Positions 1-9,728 of a stretch of DNA of 64,000 nucleotides are shown piece after piece. A program made the position numbers and the translations under genes. Positions within the stretch are counted from its first letter, which is position 1. Every line of letters begins with the position of its first letter. A model generated the notes under the pieces. The model made no database searches and was not told where the DNA came from. It saw nothing but the letters and a program-made list of their open reading frames with translations. Location of the stretch: contig CBDCWP010000026.1 in NCBI GenBank assembly GCA_965223505.1, forward strand, positions 108,782 through 172,781, in the 5' to 3' direction. This stretch comes from Planctomycetota bacterium (GTDB lineage: Bacteria > Planctomycetota > PLA2 > JAEUHO01).

Positions 1-1
1 C

Positions 2-925
2 CGCGCCATCCAGGGCGAGCAGGATCTCGACGCCGTGCCCGAACCGCCCGACGAGGCGGTCACGCAACGGGGCGATCTGATCCTGCTGGGTGAGCACCGC
101 CTCTTGTGTGGTGACGCCGGAAGTACCGAGGATCTGGACCGACTACTCGACGGAGCGCCGATCCACTTGGCGAATTGTGACCCTCCCTACAACGTCAAGG
201 TCGAGCCCAGGTCGAACAATGCCATCGCAGCCGGCCTGACGACGAAGAACGACACGCGCGCCAAGACGCACCATCAGCAACTCGACGTGGCGCGCCATCC
301 GGGCAAGGCCAAGGCGACGCACGATCGGCTGCGCGCGAAGGACCGTCCGTTAGAGAACGACTTCGTTTCCGACGAGGAGTTCGACCAACTCCTCCATGCG
401 TGGTTCGGCAACCTGTCGCGTGTGCTACTCCCCGGTCGTGCAGCATACATCTGGGCCGGCTACGCCAACGTCGTGAACTTTCCGCAGGCGCTCAAGGAGG
501 CGGGGCTCTACTTCTCACAGTGGATCATCTGGGACAAACAGTGGCCGGTGCTGACGCGCAAGGACTTCATGGGCGCCCACGAGGTCTGCTACTACACCTG
601 GAAGGAAGGCGCGGCACATCAGTTCTTCGGCCCGCCTAACGTGCCCGACGTATGGGCGGTGAAGAAGGTCAACCCGCAGTCCATGGTTCACCTCACGGAG
701 AAGCCCGTCGAGTTGGCGATCCGCGCGATTGAGTACAGCAGCGTTCCCGGTGAGAACGTGCTGGATCTGTTCGGCGGATCCGGTTCGACGCTGATTGCCT
801 GTGAGCAAACGCAGCGCAACGGCTACCTGATGGAGCTGGATGGTCTGTATTGCGACATCATCGTCGCTCGGTACGAGCATCTCACCGGGAAGAAGGCGGA
901 ACGCGTCCGTTCCGAACCGTCGTGA
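2..925 (+). CDS. Site-specific DNA methyltransferase (N6/N4 family, phage/integrative-element type), 5' end outside window
   Basis: DPPY motif (NCDPPYN), HLTEKPVELA and VLDLFGGSGSTLIAC motifs; frame is open from base 2. Confidence 0.9.
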   Translation, partial: RAIQGEQDLDAVPEPPDEAVTQRGDLILLGEHRLLCGDAGSTEDLDRLLDGAPIHLANCDPPYNVKVEPRSNNAIAAGLTTKNDTRAKTHHQQLDVARHPGKAKATHDRLRAKDRPLENDFVSDEEFDQLLHAWFGNLSRVLLPGRAAYIWAGYANVVNFPQALKEAGLYFSQWIIWDKQWPVLTRKDFMGAHEVCYYTWKEGAAHQFFGPPNVPDVWAVKKVNPQSMVHLTEKPVELAIRAIEYSSVPGENVLDLFGGSGSTLIACEQTQRNGYLMELDGLYCDIIVARYEHLTGKKAERVRSEPS

Positions 926-1093
926 CCGAGGACCCGGCCAGCGCCCTGGACCCCGCCGACCTCGAAGAACAGGCCAAGGCCACGATCGAGTCGTTGTCTC
1001 CCTCGACGAATAGGTGACCTGCGAAGGGCAGGAAACCGGTGTTGATAAGGCTCTCTCCTTTGGCTGGCCTATGTGCCAGGGAAAGGAAGAGAG

Positions 1094-2455
1094 ATGAACG
1101 ACGATACGAAGGCGCCCGAGAGGTTGGACGGCCCGCTTCCGAAGGGAGGCGGAGGCGACGAAGTCGCCGGAGCCGAGCGGAGGAAGCGGGCCGTGAGCGG
1201 CTACGTGCCCCGCGGCACACGCAGCCGTCGTGCTCGAACGGTGCGAAGCGACGCATCGCGTAGCGCGGAGTTCACGGGCGAGCAGCGCCTGTTGGCGCTT
1301 GACTGTTGGTTTCGCAGCGAGCTTGCGGCCACGGAGTTCGCGCCGCTGATCGGCGTGAGCACGGCGTCGCTGTACGCGTGGCGTCGCAAGTTCGAGGAGG
1401 AGGGCCCCGCCGGTTTGCTCGGGCACAAGCGCGGCATGAAGGGCAGCGGGCTGCCCGAGCCGGCGCGCCGTGCGATCCTGATGATGAAGGACGCGCATCC
1501 GGACTGGGGCCAGGATCGGATCCACGACATGCTGATCCGAACGGAGGGTATCTCGGTTTCAGGCGGCGCGGTTCAGCGCGTGCTGAAGGAAGCGGGCTAC
1601 GAGGTGGAGGCGGTTGCGCCGGCGCGCAACCCGCCCAAGGTGAAGCGATTCGAGCGCAAGCGACCGAACGAGCTTTGGCAAACGGATCTATTCACGTTTC
1701 TCCTGAAGCGCGAGCGTCGGCGCGTGCACCTGGTTTGCTACCTGGACGACTTCTCGCGTTTCATCGTGGGCTTCGGGCTTCACGCATCGGCGTCGGGTGC
1801 GATGGTTCGGGAGACGTTCGAGCAGGCGATCGCGAACTTCGGCGCGCCCGAGGAGATTTTGACCGACAACGGCGCGCAGTATCAGACCTGGCGCGGGAAG
1901 AGCTCGTTTCGCAAGCTTTGCGAGAAGCGCGGCATCAAGCAGATCGTGGCCAGGCCGAGGCGGCCGCAGACGCTTGGCAAGATCGAGCGTTTCTGGGGCA
2001 CGCTGTTTCGCGAGCTGATCGACGGAGCGATCTTCCGCGGCATGGAGGACGCCAAGACGCGCATTGCCCACTTCATCGGCTTCTACAACTTCCAGCGCAC
2101 CCACCAGGGCATTGGCGGCCTGGTTCCAGCGGACCGATTCTTCGAAGCCTCGCAGAGCGTGCGCAGCGCCCTGCAGGAGGCGGTTGCAACGAACGCCAAG
2201 GAGTTGGCGCTTCACGGTGAGCCGCGCAAGCCCTTGTACCTGGCGGGTCGAATCGGCGACGAGCCGGTGTCGCTTCACGCCGAGGGCGACAAGGTGCTGT
2301 TGACGGACAAGGACGGCGTTCGCGAAGAGGTCGACTTGCGGGCATCGGGCAAGCGCAAGGATGCGGCCAAGGAGGGGCCGGGCGAGAGCGTGCTCGACGA
2401 CGTGCTCGAGGAGCTCAAGGCCCTTGACGAGGCGCCCACGAAGGAGCAGGAGTAA
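1094..2455 (+). CDS. DDE transposase A (HTH + rve integrase core, IS481-like)
   Basis: WQTD, TDNGAQY, GKIERFW triad; YNFQRTHQGIG; ATG at 1094 after AGGAAGAG. Confidence 0.9.
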   Translation: MNDDTKAPERLDGPLPKGGGGDEVAGAERRKRAVSGYVPRGTRSRRARTVRSDASRSAEFTGEQRLLALDCWFRSELAATEFAPLIGVSTASLYAWRRKFEEEGPAGLLGHKRGMKGSGLPEPARRAILMMKDAHPDWGQDRIHDMLIRTEGISVSGGAVQRVLKEAGYEVEAVAPARNPPKVKRFERKRPNELWQTDLFTFLLKRERRRVHLVCYLDDFSRFIVGFGLHASASGAMVRETFEQAIANFGAPEEILTDNGAQYQTWRGKSSFRKLCEKRGIKQIVARPRRPQTLGKIERFWGTLFRELIDGAIFRGMEDAKTRIAHFIGFYNFQRTHQGIGGLVPADRFFEASQSVRSALQEAVATNAKELALHGEPRKPLYLAGRIGDEPVSLHAEGDKVLLTDKDGVREEVDLRASGKRKDAAKEGPGESVLDDVLEELKALDEAPTKEQE

Positions 2456-2961
2456 TGCCTACGAAGAAGAAGAACGTGACGACGATCACGGCGAGCAAGA
2501 CGTCGCGCAAGCACGTGGCAGTGATATTGGAAGCGCTCTCAGGCGAGATCGGCACGAGCGAGGCGGCTGAGCAGATGGGCGTGTCGCTCTCGCGCTACTA
2601 CCAGCTCGAAGGCCGTGCTTTGAAGGGCATGCTGCGGGCGATGGAGCCGAAGAAGCGCGGCATCCAGAAGACGCCGCAGCGCGAGATATTGGCGCTGAAG
2701 GCCGAGAAACAGCACCTGGAGAAGGAGCTTCGGCGGCACCAGTCCCTGCTTCGTGCGGCCAATCGAAGCCTGGGGCTGGCGCGCGGCGGGCGCAAGCAGG
2801 CATCCTCGAAGAAGGGCCGCAGCGCCAAGCGCGGCCACCGCGGCAAGACGGTGCTGAAGACGCTGCGCACGGGCCTTGAAGAGAAAGGAAACGGCGATGG
2901 GACGGCGAAGCGAGATGCCGACGCTGGTGGCGCGCACGTCGGCGAGCGAGACGGCGCGTGA
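2455..2961 (+). CDS. Small HTH/coiled-coil accessory protein of the transposon (ORF2)
   Basis: EAAEQMGVSLSRYYQLE HTH-like segment; TAATG coupling to ORF1; identical in copy 2. Confidence 0.75.
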   Translation: MPTKKKNVTTITASKTSRKHVAVILEALSGEIGTSEAAEQMGVSLSRYYQLEGRALKGMLRAMEPKKRGIQKTPQREILALKAEKQHLEKELRRHQSLLRAANRSLGLARGGRKQASSKKGRSAKRGHRGKTVLKTLRTGLEEKGNGDGTAKRDADAGGAHVGERDGA

Positions 2962-3292
2962 GCGCGTGAAGGTGATTCTGCTCACGCTTGGCCGGCAGTG
3001 GAGCGTTGGCGATGCGTGCGAGCGTTTGGGCATCGGCCGAACGCGCTTCCAGGATCTTCGACGTAGGTTCTTGCAGGCCGGCGTTGAGGCGCTTGAAGGC
3101 GGCGCTTGTGGCCGGCCGCGCGCCGTGCTGCCTGACGACGATCATGAGCTTGAGCGCGAGGTGTCGAAGCTACGGCACCGAGTGCGCGTGGTGCGCACGC
3201 AGGTGGACATCTTCGATTGCGGGCTTGGCGAGGCGCCGCGGGTTCGGCACGCGCTGCATGTGGCGCACCAGGAAGGTTGGAGGCAGCGATGA
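2897..3292 (+). CDS. Small HTH accessory protein of the transposon (ORF3)
   Basis: SVGDACERLGIGRTRFQDLRRR HTH followed by GRP; AAAGGAA RBS; stop overlaps ORF4 ATG (ATGA). Confidence 0.75.
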   Translation: MGRRSEMPTLVARTSASETARERVKVILLTLGRQWSVGDACERLGIGRTRFQDLRRRFLQAGVEALEGGACGRPRAVLPDDDHELEREVSKLRHRVRVVRTQVDIFDCGLGEAPRVRHALHVAHQEGWRQR

Positions 3293-4395
3293 GCGAGAAG
3301 ATGTCGTACGAGGAGCAGGTGAAGTTCCGGCTTCAGGCCGTGGAGGTGATGCGGCGAAGTGGCTGGGACAAGGAAACACGCGCCTACCTGGCGCGAGTCC
3401 TTGGCGTGGCCGAGCGAACGATCAGGCGTTGGGAGCTTCGCGTTCGCCAGGGCAAGCCGGTGTACGAGAAGCGTGGCCGCAAGGCCGATGACGTACCACG
3501 AGCGAAGCGGCAGAAGGTGCTGCATGCGATGTTCAAGCTGGGGCCGTTCTCGGGTGTGGCCGTACTTCGGGGCATGTTCAGCGACGTACCGTATCGCGTG
3601 CTTTCAGAGATGAAGAGGCGCCTGCTACGGGTGGCGCTGCGTCGATGGCGCTGGTATCGCAAGCGGCTAGAGTGGGTTCGTTCCGGGGCGGTGTGGGCGG
3701 CGGACTTCACCAGGCCCAAGGCTGGCCTCTGGCAGGGCAAGGATCGACTGTTCCTGGTTCGCGATCTCGGAAGCGGAGCGCAGCTGGCGGCCGTAGCCTG
3801 CCGGGGCGAGAAGACGAAGACTGTGTGCGCGGCGCTGCTCGCTTTGATCACGCTGTTCGGAGCGCCGCTGATTCTGAAGAAGGACAACGCGGGCGCGTTT
3901 CGCTCGGAACAGACGGCCGCGTTGCTCGAGGAGCACGGCATCACGCCACTCACGTCGCCGCCGTACACGCCCGCCTACAACGGCGCGTGCGAGCGCAGCG
4001 GCGGGAACTTCAAGCGACGTGTACAGCACATCGCGCAGATGGAAGGACATCCCCGCATCTGGCTACCTCAAAACCTCGACGACGCCTTGCTCGTTGCGAA
4101 TACGACGGCGAGGCCATGGGGTGCGACTGGGCCGACGCCGGCGGAGGCTCTTGAAGACCGCCGGCCGATCACGAGGCAAGAGAGAACGGCATTTGAGCAC
4201 GATCTGAAGTTCGAGACCGATGCCGCGCTCAAGACATTCAAGGAAAGAAACGCTAGAATGCCGACGTGCATCGAGCGCGCGTCAATCGACCGCAGCGCGA
4301 CGCAGAGAACGCTCTGCAAGCACGGCTATCTACAGTTCCGGAGAGGGCGCTTATCAACACTAGTTTCCGCTTGGCGGACGCGGCCTAACGCGTAG
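3289..4395 (+). CDS. DDE transposase B (HTH + rve integrase core)
   Basis: WAAD, KKDNAGAF, YNGACER triad; N-terminal LARVLGVAERTIRRW HTH; GGAGG RBS; stop lies within the right IR. Confidence 0.85.
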   Translation: MSEKMSYEEQVKFRLQAVEVMRRSGWDKETRAYLARVLGVAERTIRRWELRVRQGKPVYEKRGRKADDVPRAKRQKVLHAMFKLGPFSGVAVLRGMFSDVPYRVLSEMKRRLLRVALRRWRWYRKRLEWVRSGAVWAADFTRPKAGLWQGKDRLFLVRDLGSGAQLAAVACRGEKTKTVCAALLALITLFGAPLILKKDNAGAFRSEQTAALLEEHGITPLTSPPYTPAYNGACERSGGNFKRRVQHIAQMEGHPRIWLPQNLDDALLVANTTARPWGATGPTPAEALEDRRPITRQERTAFEHDLKFETDAALKTFKERNARMPTCIERASIDRSATQRTLCKHGYLQFRRGRLSTLVSAWRTRPNA

Positions 4396-4403
4396 GGGAC
4401 ACA

Positions 4404-5607
4404 GTACACGGACGTCGGTGGGACTACGCAGGTCTCAGATTCAAACGGGAATCTGACGGACAACGGAACGTATCTGTTCGAATACGACTACAGGAACCAG
4501 ATCGTTCGCGTGAAACTGAAGTCAGATAGCTCGACTGTGGCGGAGTACCTCTACGACGCGCTGGGGCGGCGGGTCGAGAAGGAGGTAGGCGGCGACGTCT
4601 GGCGGTTCATCTACTCGGACCTAGAGACAGTCGCCGTCTACGATGGGAGCAATAGCTGGCTGCAAGACTTCGTGTTCGGTCAACGAATCGATGAGGTCTT
4701 GATGCTCGAGCAGGCGGACGTGCTCGACTTCGATGGGGATTCGAATACGACCGAGACGACGCGATCCTTCTACCATCTAAATGCCCTGGGGTCGGTGACT
4801 GAGATCACCGAGATGGACGAGGACGTTGCCGCCAGCTACCGCTACGACCCCTACGGCGCCGTGACGATTATTCGGAACAGCACCGAAGAGTCCGAGGACC
4901 CACTTGGGCAACCCTGGATGTTCACAGGCAGGTTTGCCGATGAAGAGACGGGGATGTACTACTACCGCTCAAGGGCGTACGATCCGGAAGTTGGGAGATT
5001 CACTCAGCGAGACGGACTCAGCTACGCATCGGGTCCCAATCTATACGAGTACGTCGGGAGCCATCCTCCTTCCGGAAGAGATCCTCTCGGGCTTGAGGAA
5101 GAAGACACCGACGAGAAGAGCGCCGAAGACAAGCCGGACCAAGGTCCGGACACAGAGAAACTCATGAAGCCCAGGTGGCGGCCACCCGGCCGCGCAGGCT
5201 GGACCGCCGCATTTACGAAGGCACACCTCGAGTGGTGGGAGGTTATTATCCGCGAGTACGAGCTGCACGGGCATCCGGCGGAGCGCCGCCGTCCCGCTCC
5301 CGCGAAGCCCGAGAAAACCGCGTTCGACAAGGACGGCACGTCCCCACCGCCCTGGATGGTGATCCCCCATGTACCTGCAGGTGGGGGGGGGACGACCGTC
5401 TGCCCTGGGTCTGGGCCGAAGTCTCTGCGTGATTGGCTGGGTGATAAGGATCTGCCTCCGTGGCTGGTCGCGCCCCATCTTCTTGACGAACCGCTCGACG
5501 GCGAGAGTAACGCTGACGGCTCGGACGACGCGGGAAGTGACGGCGCGGGCAAGGGTGAGACAGAAGGCGACAAGAAGACCGGCGAGAGCGGGAAGCCCGC
5601 CAAGTAG
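4404..5607 (+). pseudogene. Rhs/YD-repeat protein, 3' part only (Rhs core + divergent C-terminal extension), 5'-truncated by the transposon
   Basis: Frame open from the IS end (YTDVGG...DSNGNL...YDYRNQ), YDALGRR, FTGRFADEETGMYYYRSRAYDPEVGRF, NLYEYV...DPLGL. Confidence 0.85.
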
Positions 5608-5720
5608 CGCCCCCCCGGGGGAGCTTGGCGGCCGCCCAATCACTTGAACCTGAAGCAGCGATTCGCGGTTCCGGTACGATAGCGATGTGGTGCCGTACGC
5701 ACTCTCGGAGTTTCGCCCCG

Positions 5721-7229
5721 ATGGCCCTTCGTATGACTCTAGCGGTCACTCTTCTATTGGCAGCGCCTTCAATTTGGGCTGACGAGTCGCCAGAGATGGG
5801 ACGCATGACGGAGGCAACAAGTGTTGTCGAGCGCAACCTTAGGATGCTGGTCCAGGGCCAAGAAGTTGGCGGTACGCGCGTCCGTGTCGGAAGGACGAAA
5901 GATGGGAACCGGCTGGCCGAGACCGAATCGCTTATCCGCATGACACTCGGGGACGGCGATCGCGACGACAGAGTGATCGAGTCGCGAGCATACTCGCTTG
6001 AGTGCTTCGACAGCGACGGCAGGATGCGTTGGATACGCACCCGAGCGACCGAAGGCGAAGCCGCGACGACGATGAGTGTCCGGTTCAGCGTCACCCACGC
6101 ACGAATCAAGTGGGACTCGCCCGACGGCGATGGAGAGGAGCGCATCGAACTGCCCGCAGACTTTAGTTCGGACTACCAGGTCTTTCAGTCACTCGTGAGA
6201 GACTTCCGTCGGAACGAATCAAGTGCGGCGTCGTACTCGAGATGGGTGGGGGGAGACATCCCGTTCGAAGCAGCTCAAATGACCGTCATTGAGAAGACGT
6301 CAGTCACGCATCGGGGCAAGAAGCACGACGGCTTTCTCATTCAGATGGAAGGGGGCCGAATCGTCGTGGACGCGGATTTCGTTCCCATGCGCGCTACTAG
6401 GTTCGGGATATACGAAATTAAGTGGATCGACGCCCCCCCCTTCGATTTCTCGCCTAGTGGCTGGAACGTAAGCAGTTCCATCCCGGTCGAAGGGCTGGCT
6501 CCGACCTCAAAGCACCTCGAATCGCTAGAGATGATCGCGACCCTCGTTGAAGATGATCCGGCGCCAGTGTTCTCGAGCAATCGATATCAGGACGTGAAAA
6601 GGGATGGAAAGACCTACTCTCTCACCCTAGGTTCGACGCGGCCCAAGTTAGCCGCCCGCCTTGAGTTTCCTCTTGAAGTCACAGATGAAAGGGCCAAGCA
6701 CTATCTCTCGCCGACTCTCCTGAGCCAGTCCGACCACCCGCTGATCGTCGAACGGGCGAAGAAGATCGTAGACGGGTCGGGCGACGCGATTGAAGCCGCA
6801 ACGCGCATCGTGCAATGGGTCTACACAAACCTTGAGAAGTCGAGCGGTACGATCAGTTCTGCGTCCTCCATTCAAGCCCTCAGGGCGAGAATCGGCGACT
6901 GCACCGAGCACGCGGCGCTTGTTGTGGCGCTTTGTCGTGCCGTTGGAATCCCCGCTCGCAACGTTCGTGGGATCATGTACTTCGTGGCACGCGGCGCGCC
7001 CAGAGCTGGATATCACGCGTGGGCGGAGATATGGCTGGGAGTGTGGACTGGTGTTGATGCGACTATTCCTGAGGTAGGGACTGCGGCCCGCTACATCCTA
7101 CTCTACGTCGATGAGCCAGGGGAAAGCGTGAGTCTCGCTGAGCGCTCTCGAGCATTGCTCGGAAAAGTCCGCCTGCGCGTCACCGCATATAGGCCCCAAG
7201 GCGGAAAGCGAACGGTCGTAGAGCGCTGA
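5721..7229 (+). CDS. Secreted transglutaminase-like domain protein
   Basis: Signal peptide; GDCTEHA...GIPAR...YHAWAE...VDAT gives a Cys-His-Asp triad. Confidence 0.85.
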   Translation: MALRMTLAVTLLLAAPSIWADESPEMGRMTEATSVVERNLRMLVQGQEVGGTRVRVGRTKDGNRLAETESLIRMTLGDGDRDDRVIESRAYSLECFDSDGRMRWIRTRATEGEAATTMSVRFSVTHARIKWDSPDGDGEERIELPADFSSDYQVFQSLVRDFRRNESSAASYSRWVGGDIPFEAAQMTVIEKTSVTHRGKKHDGFLIQMEGGRIVVDADFVPMRATRFGIYEIKWIDAPPFDFSPSGWNVSSSIPVEGLAPTSKHLESLEMIATLVEDDPAPVFSSNRYQDVKRDGKTYSLTLGSTRPKLAARLEFPLEVTDERAKHYLSPTLLSQSDHPLIVERAKKIVDGSGDAIEAATRIVQWVYTNLEKSSGTISSASSIQALRARIGDCTEHAALVVALCRAVGIPARNVRGIMYFVARGAPRAGYHAWAEIWLGVWTGVDATIPEVGTAARYILLYVDEPGESVSLAERSRALLGKVRLRVTAYRPQGGKRTVVER

Positions 7230-7266
7230 GTTCACTCGCGTTCAGTCGCCAACTCGCTGAGCGATC

Positions 7267-8340
7267 CTACTTGTTGGAGAGAGCGCGCAAGATGCCGGAG
7301 TTCGAGTCGGCGACAGCGGCAATCGAGTCTCCGTCGCCCAAACCTAGCTGGCTGCGAGTCATGACTCTCACACTTCCGTTGGCGAAACCAACGATAGCCA
7401 CGTCGCGAAAGTGAAGGTCGGCTACTAGCGGCTCCGAGCCGCTGCCGTCTTCGGACGCTAGCCTGTAGGCAGCTTCCGCGTTGCGCCGGCCGGCGTACGA
7501 CGTCAGGTCGCTGAAGTCGTCGACGCGTGAGAACTCACCGCTCGCGATCGCGTCATAGCGACTTCGCCCCACTGACGCAAGTGAGCGGTGCCTGTCCGCC
7601 GGACTGAAGAGGATCTCTAGATGGGCCTCACCGCGAACATCCAGTCGGCCATCCGCCACGAGCGCGACAATGAACGCCTTCCCGGAATAGGGCGGATACC
7701 CTCCCGTGTTCGGCTTGTTGAGTGCAGTCAGGATCTTTCGGATGTTGTCGATAGAGCGAGCCTGGTCAGCTGCGACCCGCTGCCCCGCCAGCAAGCCCTT
7801 CATGTAGCGTCCAGGTGACTTCGCGGACTCCGCCCACTGACGCTTCAGAAACGTAGTCATCATGCCATGAGCACCCGTACCGGTATCCACGAGCATCGGC
7901 CGCCCCGTGTTCGACGAAGTAGCCCAATCGAGATGGACGCGCCGAGAGCCAACTGTGTACGTCACCCTCCGCGACCCAGTCGAGAGTTCGCTTGAGACCA
8001 GCTCAGTTTCAGCCGGATTGTCTGGTCTGGGGGCCCTATCGATCAGACTGACCACGAGAAATCGCGCAAGATCGCGCATTAGTGAGTCGCTCTCGGCGGC
8101 CAGACTCGCGACGGCACGAACGCCAAAGACCCGTCGCGCGATCTCAGGCACGTCAACATAGCGCGCCAGAACATCGAGGCTATCGGGCTCACCCAAATTC
8201 GCCGGAACCCGTAGGAGATTGCGGGTTGCCGCGGTGACTGCCTCCTCGCTCGGTGCACGTACTCCGTCGTTTTCCTTCGCGGACACGTGCACTACGCCCC
8301 AGAGACCAAGAACAACAGCTATGCAAAGCGCGCGACGCAT
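7267..8340 (-). CDS. Secreted protein: possible MlaC-like N-terminus + H-X9-DG/DUF1559-like C-terminal domain
   Basis: GGAGG RBS, signal peptide; C-terminal AIVGFANGSV motif; C-terminal half paralogous to 12520-13092. Confidence 0.6.
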   Translation of the reverse strand: MRRALCIAVVLGLWGVVHVSAKENDGVRAPSEEAVTAATRNLLRVPANLGEPDSLDVLARYVDVPEIARRVFGVRAVASLAAESDSLMRDLARFLVVSLIDRAPRPDNPAETELVSSELSTGSRRVTYTVGSRRVHLDWATSSNTGRPMLVDTGTGAHGMMTTFLKRQWAESAKSPGRYMKGLLAGQRVAADQARSIDNIRKILTALNKPNTGGYPPYSGKAFIVALVADGRLDVRGEAHLEILFSPADRHRSLASVGRSRYDAIASGEFSRVDDFSDLTSYAGRRNAEAAYRLASEDGSGSEPLVADLHFRDVAIVGFANGSVRVMTRSQLGLGDGDSIAAVADSNSGILRALSNK

Positions 8341-8562
8341 GTGAATCCTCCGTGCCACTTCCGCCAGAACACGGCGAAGGGCAGCCGCGCTCATCCCCGG
8401 TCTCGACGGCCCGCCACAGGATACCGTAGGTTGTCGCTCCCACGCCGACGGCGATCGTGCAGAGTCGTGCACGGACGTGCGCACAGTCATGCCGATTTGT
8501 GGCAAAGACACCCGAGGCTGAATCTGCAACTTACGCCGTTGCAAACAGTTACGACTTGGGCT

Positions 8563-8614
8563 CGCCGGCCTGTCAAGCCGGAGGTCGCGGGTTCGAGTCC
8601 CGTCACTCCCGCCA
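8563..8614 (+). pseudogene. tRNA-Asp(GUC) 3' fragment (att core), copy A
   Basis: Anticodon arm CCGGC-CTGTCAA-GCCGG, T arm GCGGG-TTCGAGT-CCCGT, CACTCCC-G-CCA; no D arm or 5' acceptor strand upstream. Confidence 0.9.
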
Positions 8615-8721
8615 TTCTTGTTGCGCCCAGTTGCACTATCTCGCGCCCCGGTGCGCACTTCGGGCGATCTCGCGCCACGGCCGCCGATTCCTTACATCTC
8701 GCAACGATGTGCGAGGAAGTG

Positions 8722-8766
8722 CGAGGTCGTGGCAGAAGAACAGCAAAGAAGTGGTCATAGTCACTT
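8722..8766 (+). repeat. 45-bp invariant site, copy 1 (CGAGGTCGTGGCAGAAGAACAGCAAAGAAGTGGTCATAGTCACTT)
   Basis: Exact match at 13499, 15191 and 21445. Confidence 0.95.
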
Positions 8767-8793
8767 TGCGGCGCGGGTTCTTCGTGGACCCAC

Positions 8794-9728
8794 TCACACC
8801 TTCCAGAGGAGCTGACTTCCCTCTCGGCGCACGCGGCCTCGCTGTACCAGCACATCCAGCCCCAGGCTCATGCGGGCCTTCAGTTGCTTGCCCATTCGGT
8901 TGAACCCTAGGACACGGCCGGCCTCGCGAGACAAGTCGTCCGCGTCCATGCTGACTTGGTCGCGCAGCACCGCTGCAGCGGCGTTGGCAACCTCTTCGGG
9001 GGGGATTTCGTTCGCGTTGCGGCGGTCCCGATCTTCACGGCCCTGGACTCTCACGACGTCGTACGTGCGGGGGTCCTGGTGCGAGGCCCATAGGAACGTC
9101 GACGGTCCGGCCTTCGTCTCGATCAATGCGAGAGGTCGCAGTGCCTGCGCCATGCGACCAAGGACACGGTCTGTTGCTTTCTGGAGCCCGAATGCCTCCA
9201 CAACCCGGCGGCAGAGCAAGCGGTACTCGATCGGTGCCTCTTGGTCGAGCACGCGCTGGGCGAGTTCCTGTATTGCTGCGGTTCGGGAGCTTGAATAGAA
9301 GGCATCCGGTCCGCCACGGGCCTTGAGCACCGGGGTTGCTCGGTACGTCCGGCCCGCCGGCGCGAACACCTGTTTCGCTGGCGCGGGTGAAGGTGAAGCT
9401 ACGGCCGCCATGTGTGCACTGGACGCGAAGAGGCCGGAGCTAGTCGCCATGACGTCATCAGCTCCGCCGCCTTCGGCATTGGTTGAGGTGGGACGTCCGA
9501 GTTCCTCAAAACGTTGAACGACACGCTCAATCTCGCGATCCGGATCCAGCCACCAGTCCGTCGACCAGATGCGGTGCAATGACCAACCGAGACTTTCCAA
9601 CACGGCTTGTCGTAGGCGGTCTCGGTCACGAGCCGTCTTGCCGCTGTGGTACATGGCTCCGTCGCACTCAATCCCCAATCGGAACCGGCCCGGCACGTCG
9701 GGGTCCTTGATGCCAAGATCGACACGGT
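8794..9728 (-). pseudogene. C-terminal fragment (REase/Vsr-like + DUF3320-like wHTH) of a DUF4011-type SF1 helicase
   Basis: RVDLGIKDPDVPGRFRLGIECDGAMYHS...RDRDRLRQAVLESLGW.LHRIWSTDWW; reading frame cut at the junction with the partial transposon at 9729. Confidence 0.8.

Larger units (their letters stand above)
995..4403 (+). mobile_element. Four-ORF, dual-DDE transposon (IS481-like TGT...ACA ends), copy 1, 3,409 bp
   Basis: Boundaries defined by identity with the inverted copy at 16906-20314. Ends TGTCTCCC... / ...GGGGACACA plus subterminal IR GGAAAC(CG/TA)GTGTTGATAAG at 1031-1049 and 4350-4368. No TSD seen. Confidence 0.9.
8464..8766 (+). other. attP-like junction A (left arm - tRNA-Asp 3' fragment - right arm with 45-bp site)
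   Basis: Colinear (offset 4776-4777) with junction B at 13240-13543. Confidence 0.75.

Noticed and set aside
8530..8614. Functional tRNA-Asp genes (also at 13306-13390)
   Set aside because: The D arm and the 5' acceptor strand (GGGAGTG expected) are missing; only 3' fragments exist.
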